Source: an uncultured Oligoflexales bacterium
GTDB lineage: Bacteria > Bdellovibrionota_B > Oligoflexia > Oligoflexales > CAZLMG01
Direction of reading: 5' to 3'
Length of the DNA stretch: 64,000 nt
Assembly: GCA_964560765.1 (NCBI GenBank)
Contig: CAZLMG010000003.1
Span: 41,705-105,704 of the forward strand
The position numbers and the translations under genes are program-made. Every line of letters starts with the position of its first letter. Positions within the stretch are counted from its first letter, which is position 1. The notes beneath the pieces were generated by a model. That model worked only from the letters and a program-made list of their open reading frames with translations, was not told where the DNA came from and did not search any database. This document shows positions 9,666 through 19,658 of this stretch, one piece after another.

Positions 9666-9691
9666 GGCGTTGGCGCTTTCGCGCCAGCGCC
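9666..9691 (-). terminator. Hairpin terminator downstream of the cysteine protease gene
   Basis: 11-bp stem GGCGTTGGCGC / GCGCCAGCGCC (one G-U pair) with loop TTTC, starting 4 nt after the protease stop (9695). An AU-rich stretch follows on the minus strand. Confidence 0.5.
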
Positions 9692-9694
9692 CAT

Positions 9695-11179
9695 TTAGTT
9701 CCGAACCGACACCGTGACCGGTGCCGCAACAAAAGACTGCAGCGAACCGATGCGAGCCATTGCTTCCACCGAGTAAGCTCCGTCCGGGTACATCGCGCTC
9801 CGCCAGCCAAACCGAGACTTCTTGCCGGGATTCTCTAAGACAACGGTCGCGACATTGGCACCGCTCGCATTGCGAATTCGCACATCCACCGCAGTTGGCG
9901 GCACAGTTCCATGCTGCGTTTCGATATCAAAATAGACCCGACCAGAAACAGGTTGCGCGGGATTGAAGTCTGGCTTCGTAGTTACAGACAGGCTTTGCGG
10001 CTGATTGGCGACAACAATTGTTGTGTACCAAGGACGTGCGTTGTTTTCCTGAGCCAGCGCTACTTCATAGACTCCATCTGCCCAGGCGGTCGTATCAATA
10101 TCGGCAACTAGATTGTTAGAGGGTAATTGTCCCGAAGTGATCGGAGTCGTCGAACCCGCCATGCGCACCACATAGCTCAAGTCCACTGGTGAGTCGTGCT
10201 GCAGATTCTCTGCGGCTAATTCAACCGAGCCCTCGACAGCATCCCATAGATTCGGCTTCGCTAGTTTTACTTGCCGGGTAAATGGCTGAACTCGCAGTTG
10301 ATAGTTGCTATTGCCGACACCGCTGATATCGGAGTAGGCGATTCGGAAGTATCCTTGCTCACCCCAATCTGTTCCCCAACTATTCTTGACGATCCATGCC
10401 TGAACGATATCGTCATACCCAACAATTGTTACCGCATGCCCGCCGAGGGAGCTGCCTGTAACACGCTTGTAGACCCCTCCCTTGTAGAAAGTGAAGTCCT
10501 CATAGACGGTCATAGTGGTAACGACTGGCCCTTGCTGCAATGCGCGTTTCAAATTCGACTTGCTGATCGTTGTGTACCCGGTAATAAGGAACGACCTTGC
10601 AACCCGCTCGCCACAAACAGCTGACGATTCGACGTCAATCCCTAGACGGCCGCTTGTGTAAGACAGGCATGATTCATCAGGAGTACCGCGTCCCTGCAAG
10701 GACGTCATGGCGCCAGAAACATAGGCACCGGCATTGCAGCTACCAATGCGAGAGAACAGATACTGTTCCGAAAGGTCAAAATTGAGATCAGGAAACATTC
10801 CTGTCACGTTCAATTGTCCCTCGAGTGCTGCAACTGCAGCAAATGCCACACAGCTGCCACATCGGCCTTGGTTGCGCACGGGCGATAGCCAATTGACGCC
10901 ATCTCGGTCCCGCCAGTCAAATGTCTCTGGAAGGTCTGCTGGAGTGTACGTGCTCACGTCGAATGCATCGCTGTCTGCCGGCACGGCATCGCGCAATCCA
11001 AAAGGGCCGGCACCAGAAGCCGAGCCTAAATACATCTCTGTAGCTGTGGTCGATCCGGCTCGCCACCGAGCTTCATCTTGCGCCGCCAGCTTCGATTGTA
11101 GATCCGCAAGGCTCAGCCCCGTCGCTTGCGCCAGAAGCGGCGTCAGCCACGCGATGATAGCTCCAACCATAAATTTCAT
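9695..11179 (-). CDS. Secreted papain-family (C1A) cysteine protease with C-terminal Ig-like domains
   Basis: Active-site motifs are NQGRCGSCVAFAAVAALEG (Cys), GGHAVTIVGYDD (His) and WIVKNSWGTDWGEQGYFRIAY (Asn/Trp). Signal peptide is MKFMVGAIIAWLTPLLAQA. GGAGG lies 4 nt upstream of the ATG at 11179. The ORF-track start at 11194 is 5 codons further up. Confidence 0.85.
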   Translation of the reverse strand: MKFMVGAIIAWLTPLLAQATGLSLADLQSKLAAQDEARWRAGSTTATEMYLGSASGAGPFGLRDAVPADSDAFDVSTYTPADLPETFDWRDRDGVNWLSPVRNQGRCGSCVAFAAVAALEGQLNVTGMFPDLNFDLSEQYLFSRIGSCNAGAYVSGAMTSLQGRGTPDESCLSYTSGRLGIDVESSAVCGERVARSFLITGYTTISKSNLKRALQQGPVVTTMTVYEDFTFYKGGVYKRVTGSSLGGHAVTIVGYDDIVQAWIVKNSWGTDWGEQGYFRIAYSDISGVGNSNYQLRVQPFTRQVKLAKPNLWDAVEGSVELAAENLQHDSPVDLSYVVRMAGSTTPITSGQLPSNNLVADIDTTAWADGVYEVALAQENNARPWYTTIVVANQPQSLSVTTKPDFNPAQPVSGRVYFDIETQHGTVPPTAVDVRIRNASGANVATVVLENPGKKSRFGWRSAMYPDGAYSVEAMARIGSLQSFVAAPVTVSVRN

Positions 11180-11197
11180 AGTGCCTCCAATCATTCA

Positions 11198-11215
11198 TTT
11201 TTTTTTTGGGGGGGG
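11198..11215 (-). repeat. Adjacent homopolymer tracts C8-A10 (coding-strand sense) in the 5' leader of the protease gene
   Basis: The plus strand reads T10 (11198-11207) followed by G8 (11208-11215), ending 18 nt upstream of the protease ATG. A TATAAT hexamer (minus strand, 11246-11251) lies further upstream. Confidence 0.95.
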
Positions 11216-11326
11216 AGCAGGGCGCCAGAATGCTCTGATACGTCGATTATACTGGGACTGGTGAGCTTGGGGATAGTGAGGGAACACTTACTAACTGCGG
11301 GAACGAGACGGCAGGGTCACCACCGC

Positions 11327-11893
11327 TCACGATGCAGGTGCCAACCGACCCTCGGTGATGGCCAGCATCAGCTTTGCCATGTCAAGGATTCCATTGATCG
11401 TCTCGCCGCGTTTAGCAAATCCACCAATCAATTCGGCGCGCGAGCCGCGCCCCACACTGCTCTGCTGCTCAAGATCTTGCGGGGACAGCGCCACCACATA
11501 GGTAATCGAATCAACAATCAGTCCAACACGGGTTTCTTCGTGCCGAAGAATGATGATTCGTGCCGCAGACGTCGGGGCCTCAACAGGCATATCCATCAGT
11601 CGTCGCAAACTCACGACTGGCAGGATTGACCCGCGCAAATTGATGACCCCCTCGACTTTTGCCGGACCTTGCGGAACAAAGGTGATCTCCGTCAACATGA
11701 TGATCTCGCTGACGTGTTCAATCGCTAGAAGAAACTCTTCATTGCCGACACAGAGTCCGATCAGCTGAGACACATCGGCGAACTCAGCCTCTTCGTCGCC
11801 GTCCAGCTGTCCACGAATGGCGAACAGCCCATGATCAAGGCTGGGACGAGCAACTTCAAACTCTGCGCTTCGACCTGGACTACGGGGCCTCAT
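11327..11893 (-). CDS. cheW: Chemotaxis coupling protein CheW
   Basis: CheW-like domain: FLLAIEHVSEIIMLTEITFVPQGPAKVEGVINLRGSILPVVSLRRLM ... RIIILRHEETRVGLIVDSITYVVAL. GGAG lies 6 nt before the ATG. The gene starts 14 nt downstream of cheA. Confidence 0.85.
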   Translation of the reverse strand: MRPRSPGRSAEFEVARPSLDHGLFAIRGQLDGDEEAEFADVSQLIGLCVGNEEFLLAIEHVSEIIMLTEITFVPQGPAKVEGVINLRGSILPVVSLRRLMDMPVEAPTSAARIIILRHEETRVGLIVDSITYVVALSPQDLEQQSSVGRGSRAELIGGFAKRGETINGILDMAKLMLAITEGRLAPAS

Positions 11894-11907
11894 ACAAACT
11901 CCGCCGA

Positions 11908-14538
11908 TTATGCAGCTTTGCTAGCACGACTTCGATGATGGAAAGCATCCACCAGTTCACCGACGTCTAAGACCAACACTACCTCGCCATGACCAAGAAC
12001 GGCACCACCCGCTACGCACGGAATATCCTTCATCAAAGGCCCCATGGACTTGATCACCATCTCTTGCTGGTTCAGCAATTGGTCAACCACAATGCCATAT
12101 CGATGTTCGGCAGAGCCGACGACGACGACATAAAGCCTTTCCTGCCGGCGTCGCGTCTGCCGGGCAGTCAATTTCTCGGTCGCATCCTCTCCATCGACAT
12201 TCACATGCATCAAATGCGCCATGGTTTCCTGCTTGCGCTTGAGGTCGAGCATATCGCCAAGATGGATCAGTGGCAGAACATGATCGCGCAACTTGATGAC
12301 CTCCACATCACCCACTCGCTGAACGCTCTTCGGATGGATGCGGATAGATTCGATGACCGAGCTTAGCGGAATCGCATAGGTCTCGCCGTGGCTACTGACC
12401 AAGAGACTCTGAACGATAGCCAAAGTTAGAGGGAGCTGGATGCTCACCGTCGTCCCCTGACCCGGCTGACTGGAAAGCTCGATCATTCCCTTCAATTTGG
12501 AAATCTGTCGTTTGACCACATCCATGCCGACGCCTCGACCAGAGACTTCCGTCACCAGCTTGGCCGTAGAAAATCCAGCCTCAAATATCAGATTGAAGAT
12601 GTCACGATCGCTCAGCTGTTCGTCAGCGCTGATCAGTCCGCGCTCAATCCCTTTTTGCCGGATAGCCTCTCGATCCAAGCCTTTTCCGTCATCTTGAATC
12701 GAGACAATGATGTGGTTTCCTTCCTGCCGTGCACTCAAAAAAATTGCTCCGTTAGCAGCCTTGCCTGCCGCCGTTCGCACGTCTGGGGTCTCGATACCAT
12801 GATCGCACGAGTTGCGGATGAGATGAATCAGCGGGTCTCCGAGCTGCTCCACCAGCGTCTTATCCAATTCGGCGTTTTCACCGGAGATGAATAGATCGAT
12901 ATTCTTGCCGAGACTACGAGCTAGCTCGCGCACTATGCGTGGAAACTTGTTGAAGGCGTTGCCAATGGGCACCATGCGCACTTTCATGATGATGTCTTGG
13001 ACTTCGTTCATGTGGCGACCAAACAGCTGCACCGTCTCAGCCATGTCGCCGACCAACTCAGATTGTGGAGAGCGTACGCGCATGACCTCTTCGATATGGT
13101 TGAAGCGGGTTCGATCGATCACAAGTTCACCAATCAAGTTTACCAACGCATCGAGTCGATGCAGGTCCACTCTGATGGTCGACTGTTCCACTTGTTTTGC
13201 CGATGCACCTGCGCCACCAGAGCCAGAACTTGAGCCGTCGCTGCCAGATTGTGCCACAGCACCATTGACCTGCTTCGCTTCAACCGTCATGCCTGAGTTC
13301 TTCGCAACCGCCTTTGACGCTGGTTTAGCCGGCGATTTTCCTTTGGCCACGGCTTCTAGCGACTGTACAATTGGTGCCGTAGGAGCTCCGCACGGAGCGC
13401 CATTACGAACAGCATCTAAGAGTGTACGAATGACGTCCATCCCCTGAAAGAGCACGTCCACCGTGTCCGCATTTGGGGTCAATTTTCCTTTTCGACAGAG
13501 ATCGAAGAGGTTTTCCATCCGATGCATAACGCGTTCGAGCGCTTTGAACCCAAACATTCCAGCAGCGCCCTTCAAAGTGTGCGCGGCGCGAAAAATTTCT
13601 TCAATGACCTCTTTATCTTCCGGGGACTGCTCCAGTCGTAAGATCGCACCATCGAGAGACTGCATCAATTCGTCGCAATTGGACAAGAAATCGTTCATCA
13701 TGTCCGGGTCGGCCTGAAAATCATTCGCCTCCCACTCACCAATTTCACCAATATCGCCCGTACTGGTCTGTGTGTGGTCATCGCCAGTCGGGAAGTCAGG
13801 GCCATCATCATGATCCCCAGCCGTTGTCGCGTCGGCGGGCATCGCAACCTCGACATGCTCTTCTTCATCGTCCTCGCCACCCAGACTAGCCAAGAGCGCC
13901 GCAGCCTCATCGTCAGCACTAGTCTCAATGACGACCGCCTTCTTCACTGCCGGCATTTCAATCTGATCAGCCGGAGCCTCCATTTCGGCAAGCAGGCGCG
14001 CAGCTTCGTCATCATCCAAGTCTGTGCTAGATGCTGACACTGTCGTCGAGACAGGGGATTCCATTTCGGCAAGAAGCCTCGCCGCTTCGTCATCATCGAG
14101 TTCTGCTGGAGCGTCGGAGACGGGCTCTACACTTGCTGCCGTGGGGGCTTCCATCTCGGCTAGAAGTCGAGCCGCTTCATCGTCACCCATATCAACTTCG
14201 GTCGCGACCACTTCTTCCTCGACAACACCTGAAAAAGCGGACTGATCCTCTTCCATAAGTTGACCGAGGTCGCTCATCAGCTCACCCGCTTCATCAGCAT
14301 CCAATGTCTGCGCTGCACGTGCTGGTGAAAGCACCTCATCAATCCAAGCAGCCACCATGCCTAGAAGCTCTCGCGCCTCTTGCACGGCGGCAATGAGTTC
14401 TGGCTCTGGCAAGCGCGTTGACTGCTCTTGCTGCATAAGTTGCGTAAGTTCTGCACGAACTCGATCCAAAGCGCTTTGCAAGAGCGACTCGAGGCTGGCG
14501 TTGGTCAGAGCATCCATGCTCATATAAATTCCATGCAA
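11908..14538 (-). CDS. cheA: Chemotaxis histidine kinase CheA with long acidic N-terminal extension
   Basis: HPt motif HTLKGAAGMFGF; dimerisation segment IRVDLHRLDALVNLIGELVIDR; N-box HLIRNSCDHGIE; G1 DDGKGLD; G2 GRGVGMDVV; C-terminal CheW-like domain. The ORF-track start at 14538 is TTG, with ATG alternatives at 14523 and 14517. Confidence 0.9.
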   Translation of the reverse strand: MHGIYMSMDALTNASLESLLQSALDRVRAELTQLMQQEQSTRLPEPELIAAVQEARELLGMVAAWIDEVLSPARAAQTLDADEAGELMSDLGQLMEEDQSAFSGVVEEEVVATEVDMGDDEAARLLAEMEAPTAASVEPVSDAPAELDDDEAARLLAEMESPVSTTVSASSTDLDDDEAARLLAEMEAPADQIEMPAVKKAVVIETSADDEAAALLASLGGEDDEEEHVEVAMPADATTAGDHDDGPDFPTGDDHTQTSTGDIGEIGEWEANDFQADPDMMNDFLSNCDELMQSLDGAILRLEQSPEDKEVIEEIFRAAHTLKGAAGMFGFKALERVMHRMENLFDLCRKGKLTPNADTVDVLFQGMDVIRTLLDAVRNGAPCGAPTAPIVQSLEAVAKGKSPAKPASKAVAKNSGMTVEAKQVNGAVAQSGSDGSSSGSGGAGASAKQVEQSTIRVDLHRLDALVNLIGELVIDRTRFNHIEEVMRVRSPQSELVGDMAETVQLFGRHMNEVQDIIMKVRMVPIGNAFNKFPRIVRELARSLGKNIDLFISGENAELDKTLVEQLGDPLIHLIRNSCDHGIETPDVRTAAGKAANGAIFLSARQEGNHIIVSIQDDGKGLDREAIRQKGIERGLISADEQLSDRDIFNLIFEAGFSTAKLVTEVSGRGVGMDVVKRQISKLKGMIELSSQPGQGTTVSIQLPLTLAIVQSLLVSSHGETYAIPLSSVIESIRIHPKSVQRVGDVEVIKLRDHVLPLIHLGDMLDLKRKQETMAHLMHVNVDGEDATEKLTARQTRRRQERLYVVVVGSAEHRYGIVVDQLLNQQEMVIKSMGPLMKDIPCVAGGAVLGHGEVVLVLDVGELVDAFHHRSRASKAA
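13873..14190 (-). repeat. Tandem protein-level repeats (DDDEAARLLAEME[AS]P x3 plus one degenerate copy) inside cheA
   Basis: Copies lie at 14143..14187, 14053..14097 and 13972..14016, with a degenerate ADDEAAALLASLGGEDDEEE copy near 13873..13917. The amino acids are nearly identical while codon usage differs between copies. Confidence 0.8.
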
Positions 14539-14544
14539 TTGAGA

Positions 14545-15063
14545 TTATGAGGCTTGCGCGATCCCCGTGTCGGCAAAGAGAAAATAACTTTCTTCCAATG
14601 CGTCAAATGCCAAGGGCTTCTTACATTGCTCACAGTGAAAGGTCGGTGCTCGCTTCGCCAAGATGGCGTCGCGATGCTCGCTGACCTTGATCAGCCGCAC
14701 CATTTCCCCAACACAATTTTCTGACTCACAGTAGTAAGGGGCATAGAAAGACTCGATTTCACCATTCGCAAGCAAATCAGGGACCATGTTGATTTGATCG
14801 ACCATCGTCACCGAACAGTGACGAAAAATGAGATGGCCTAATGCTGCCATGTCGCGCACCAGATAAATCCACTCGCGGATGCCGCAAGAATTGAAGTTAT
14901 TAACCTGCTCTAACTCGAACGTTATCGTTGAGCGACCAACGCGGGGTAACTCTGTTTGCTTGAAATTCTCATCCACATCGCCACGGAACCAGTACACGAC
15001 ATGGTCCTGGCTCTCAACAATCTCGACTTCCAAGCTGGCAAAGCTGATCTTCCGTGATGCCAT
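14545..15063 (-). CDS. STAS-like domain protein with C-terminal Cys4 (CX4C...CX2C) putative zinc ribbon
   Basis: The N-terminal ~100 aa resemble an anti-sigma-antagonist/STAS fold (ITFELEQVNNFNSCGIREWIYLVRDMAALGHLIFRHCSVTMVDQINMVPDLL). CESENC ... CEQC is encoded at 14623..14730. The gene ends 6 nt before the cheA ORF. Confidence 0.5.
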   Translation of the reverse strand: MASRKISFASLEVEIVESQDHVVYWFRGDVDENFKQTELPRVGRSTITFELEQVNNFNSCGIREWIYLVRDMAALGHLIFRHCSVTMVDQINMVPDLLANGEIESFYAPYYCESENCVGEMVRLIKVSEHRDAILAKRAPTFHCEQCKKPLAFDALEESYFLFADTGIAQAS

Positions 15064-15113
15064 AAAAACTCCCTTGCCGGTAATGCACCAACTCTCGGAA
15101 GTTATTCGGCCTT

Positions 15114-16178
15114 TTACTGAAAAACTTGAGGGTTCGCCGCCAGTCGCAAGAACAGAAGGACGACAGATTTAGCTGTATCTTCAATGCTTTGCAGAGAAAT
15201 GCTAGCAAGGGTATCGCCGTCTTTATGCCAGTGGTCAAGGTTATGAAAATCGATCACATCCATTGCGGGAACACCCAGTTGCACAAATGGAATATGATCG
15301 TCTTCGACGGGAAGGGATTGGGAGGACAAACGACTGCTAAATCCCAGATCCTGCAGAGACTGGGCAAACGCTCGTTTTAGGGTCGTATTGGAATAGGTAT
15401 CTGGCGTGTAACGAAGTTGCGGCGAACCGATCATGTCGACGATGATGACCGCCGCCAGGGGGCTTGACCCCATGGATGCCGGCAGACAGTAACCTGTCGA
15501 GCTCGCCGCACAGCTGGCAAGTTGACTCGCAAAGTGACGACTGCCGTACGTATTATCTTTGAGTTTTGCAGGGTGTCGCAGCTCACCATCGCGCCATTCG
15601 GGCAACATAGCCTCTTCACCATCAAACCAGACGAAAGCGATGTCACAGCGCAGGGCCTCTGGCAAACTCTTGCCCCGTAGAAAGCGCGCTAGCTCCAGCA
15701 GCATCGCGCTCGAGGATGCACTGTCATTGGCCCCAACGTAATCAAGCCCATCGACGATCTTGGTGTCGTAATGAGATCCGATTAGAATCACGCATTCCGG
15801 CGCCGCAACCAGATTGAGGCGAGCAAAGATGTTCTGCCCGCTCAGGGTCAGAGTCAGCTCAGCAGTGGAGTTGGGCTCGTTGAGCAAGATGGGATTCGGA
15901 GTCGCTGCCGAAAACGATTGCACGACTGGCTCAAGTCCCGCTTGGCGCACGGCCTCTTCGATGAACAGGGCGAGGGATGCTTGTGCCGTCGAACCAAAAG
16001 GGTGCGGCGCCGACGTCATGCGCTGCAGATCCGACTGCAGCGCTACCTTATCGAGCGTCATTCCCGAGGCAAAGTCGACGACGGAGCTTCTGCTCTTTTT
16101 GCTCGCATCTTCCGTGCCACACCATGTCGCGCAGCCAGCCACCAAGATAGCCAGACCAGCCCACTTGCCGGTCCACAT
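15114..16178 (-). CDS. M28-family zinc peptidase / glutaminyl-cyclase-like lipoprotein
   Basis: Motifs: ILIGSHYDTK, GANDSASSSAMLLELARFL, AFVWFDGEE, VIIVDMIGS, EDDHIPF, HWHKDGDT. The internal Met at 16178 gives MWTGKWAGLAILVAGC (lipobox) and removes the overlap with eno. Confidence 0.75.
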   Translation of the reverse strand: MWTGKWAGLAILVAGCATWCGTEDASKKSRSSVVDFASGMTLDKVALQSDLQRMTSAPHPFGSTAQASLALFIEEAVRQAGLEPVVQSFSAATPNPILLNEPNSTAELTLTLSGQNIFARLNLVAAPECVILIGSHYDTKIVDGLDYVGANDSASSSAMLLELARFLRGKSLPEALRCDIAFVWFDGEEAMLPEWRDGELRHPAKLKDNTYGSRHFASQLASCAASSTGYCLPASMGSSPLAAVIIVDMIGSPQLRYTPDTYSNTTLKRAFAQSLQDLGFSSRLSSQSLPVEDDHIPFVQLGVPAMDVIDFHNLDHWHKDGDTLASISLQSIEDTAKSVVLLFLRLAANPQVFQ

Positions 16179-16200
16179 CCAGCTCTTTGGAGTGGAAGCA

Positions 16201-17466
<1,266 letters not shown>

Positions 17467-17596
17467 TTATGACTATCCCTCCGGGCTAGGTTGGCGGGCA
17501 AAAAACAGCTTTACCTGATGGTAATGAGAGCATTAGTTGTAGACGCAAAACCACTGATTGACAAGCGCATCCATTTGGGGAATTTTCGATCAATTC

Positions 17597-17613
17597 ATTG
17601 TCTTGCAGACAAT
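17597..17613. promoter_or_regulatory. 17-bp palindrome ATTGTCT-TGC-AGACAAT in the eno/pepA divergent intergenic region (candidate operator)
   Basis: Perfect 7-bp arms read directly from the sequence. The location is 73 nt upstream of the pepA start. No binding factor is known. Confidence 0.25.
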
Positions 17614-17685
17614 AAAACGCGTCCCCGTTGAATATCCCTCCATCGGGAACAGCGAACCAGATTCAAAACTAGAAAGGCGCCACTG

Positions 17686-19224
17686 ATGAATATCCACGCA
17701 CGCAAGGAACCGTGGCAAGATTACCTGCCAAACGTGTACCACTGGCTTGCATCCGTTCCCGTCGATGCCGCGTCGGCGCTTCCTGATCACTGCCACGTGA
17801 TTGTGCCCTGCCAGGCCCGAACCGATCAAGGCTTGGATTTTTTGCCGGATGCTGGGCAACTTCCAGACGCCATCATGGACCAATTGCGCGATCAAGCGAA
17901 GCAGGTCGGATGGCGCGGCAAATCCGGCAACTGCAAATTAACGGTAGGCGGTCGAACCTTTCTCCTGGTCGTGCTAGGCAATCCGCTCATTCCAGCAGTA
18001 CAGAGAGCCCGTCAGGTAGGTTTAGACGCAGCCACGGCCTTGACCGACCACAACATCGATCACTTAGTCTTTCTTTCAGGGCCAGACATGGATGCAAGCC
18101 AAGTCTTCGAGGGCTTCGCATGGGGCCTCTACCCATCGGGACTGTTTCGCGGCAAAAAGCCTGGCACAGACGCGCAGGAGCGACTCCCCAGCAGGGTCGC
18201 GCTCTTAAGGACACAGGCCAGCAGCACAACGTTGCAAAAGATTCGCGAGATGGCGCAAGCAGCGGCATTCACCCGAATGCTGCAAGACGCCCCACCCAAC
18301 TGGATGTATCCAGCAACGATGGCCGAAATCGCCGAGGAGCTGGCCAATCAACACGGGCACAAGCATCGAATCCTTGGTCATGAACAAATGGAGCGCGAAG
18401 GGATGGGCTCATTCCTGGCTGTTGGCAAAGGATCGGAACATGCGCCTCGACTCATTTGCGTCGAGATCGCCGGTGAAGATACCAGCCAAACCATCAGCTT
18501 CGTGGGCAAAGGACTGACCTTCGATGCGGGCGGCATCAGCATCAAGCCCGCGCAAGGTATGGATGAGATGAAATACGATATGTCGGGTGCCGCAGCTCTA
18601 CTCGGTGCCGTTCATTTCTTTAGCCGCATTAAGCCGCGAGTAAACTTAGTCTTCGCCATTGGCGCGGCAGAGAATATGGTTTCTGGGCGCGCGACACGTC
18701 CAGGCGATATCGTAACTTCCATGAGCGGCAAGACCATCGAAATCGGCAATACGGATGCCGAGGGGCGCTTGGTGTTGGCCGACGTGCTTACCTATGTCAT
18801 CCAGCACTTCAATCCCTTGATGATCGTCGATTTCGCGACGCTCACTGGTGCCGTAGCCCACGGCCTTGGCAGCTGTGGTGCGGCCTACATGACGCGTGAT
18901 GAAGGAGTTGCCAACATGCTGCAACGGTTTGCCGGAGACTGCGGTGAGCCATTGTGGAGACTTCCCCTTTGGGCCGAGCTGGAGAAGGATGTAAAGAGCG
19001 ATATCGCCGATTTGGTCAACATCGCCAAGCCCAACGTCAAAGCTGGTACGATCATGGGCGGACACTTTCTGCGTGAATTTGCCGGCACAACGCCGTGGGC
19101 TCATGTCGACATTGCCGCTACAGCTTGGTCCTGCCAGGCAGCGGGTTATCCAAAGTCGGGTGGTGCGGCTTTTGGCATTCGCACAATTGCTGAAATTGGT
19201 TTGCGCTTTGAAGGCATCAAGTAG
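17686..19224 (+). CDS. pepA: Leucyl aminopeptidase (M17 family)
   Basis: M17 signature NTDAEGRLVLADVLTY, plus VGKGLTFDAGGISIKP and MKYDMSGAA. Confidence 0.9.
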   Translation: MNIHARKEPWQDYLPNVYHWLASVPVDAASALPDHCHVIVPCQARTDQGLDFLPDAGQLPDAIMDQLRDQAKQVGWRGKSGNCKLTVGGRTFLLVVLGNPLIPAVQRARQVGLDAATALTDHNIDHLVFLSGPDMDASQVFEGFAWGLYPSGLFRGKKPGTDAQERLPSRVALLRTQASSTTLQKIREMAQAAAFTRMLQDAPPNWMYPATMAEIAEELANQHGHKHRILGHEQMEREGMGSFLAVGKGSEHAPRLICVEIAGEDTSQTISFVGKGLTFDAGGISIKPAQGMDEMKYDMSGAAALLGAVHFFSRIKPRVNLVFAIGAAENMVSGRATRPGDIVTSMSGKTIEIGNTDAEGRLVLADVLTYVIQHFNPLMIVDFATLTGAVAHGLGSCGAAYMTRDEGVANMLQRFAGDCGEPLWRLPLWAELEKDVKSDIADLVNIAKPNVKAGTIMGGHFLREFAGTTPWAHVDIAATAWSCQAAGYPKSGGAAFGIRTIAEIGLRFEGIK

Positions 19225-19247
19225 CAGCTAGGTAGAAGGGGCGACCC

Positions 19248-19634
19248 ATGAATAAGGTGATCATTCACATCGATGCGGATGCCCAGCAGCGCACTATGGT
19301 TCGCCACCTGTTTGAGCGGCGCCCCGTAACCGTCGAGGCTTTTGCGTCTCTGCAAGAAGCACAAGCCCGGCTCAATGACCCTGCGCCCTACGCCGTGCTG
19401 GTGACAGAGATGCCTGCTTCCACGGATGAACAAGAAGACTTTGTCAGCGGCCTTTTGCAGTTGTGCCATAGTCGTGGTGCGAGACTAGTGCTACTAACGG
19501 AAAGTCAGATTCCGGAAACGCTGGAACTTTTCCGCGCGAAAGGCATCGATGGCTGGTTCACAAAGCCAGCGCAAAGGAATCATTTCTTTGAGACGTTGCT
19601 AAGCTTCATGCAATTGCCAAGGACAACTGGGTAA
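19248..19634 (+). CDS. Stand-alone receiver-like (REC) domain protein, probable pseudo-receiver
   Basis: The layout is CheY-like (VIIHIDAD ... AVLVTEMP ... LVLLTES ... WFTKP). The expected phospho-acceptor Asp position appears to be occupied by Thr/Glu. GAAGGGG lies upstream of the ATG. The gene starts 23 nt after pepA. Confidence 0.55.
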   Translation: MNKVIIHIDADAQQRTMVRHLFERRPVTVEAFASLQEAQARLNDPAPYAVLVTEMPASTDEQEDFVSGLLQLCHSRGARLVLLTESQIPETLELFRAKGIDGWFTKPAQRNHFFETLLSFMQLPRTTG

Positions 19635-19658
19635 GGAAGAGTTTGCAAGCTGGCCAAA

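Noticed and set aside
12887-13447. 186-aa plus-strand ORF inside cheA
   Set aside because: It is antisense to unmistakable CheA kinase motifs, and its translation is Ser/Thr/Met/Arg-rich nonsense-like sequence.
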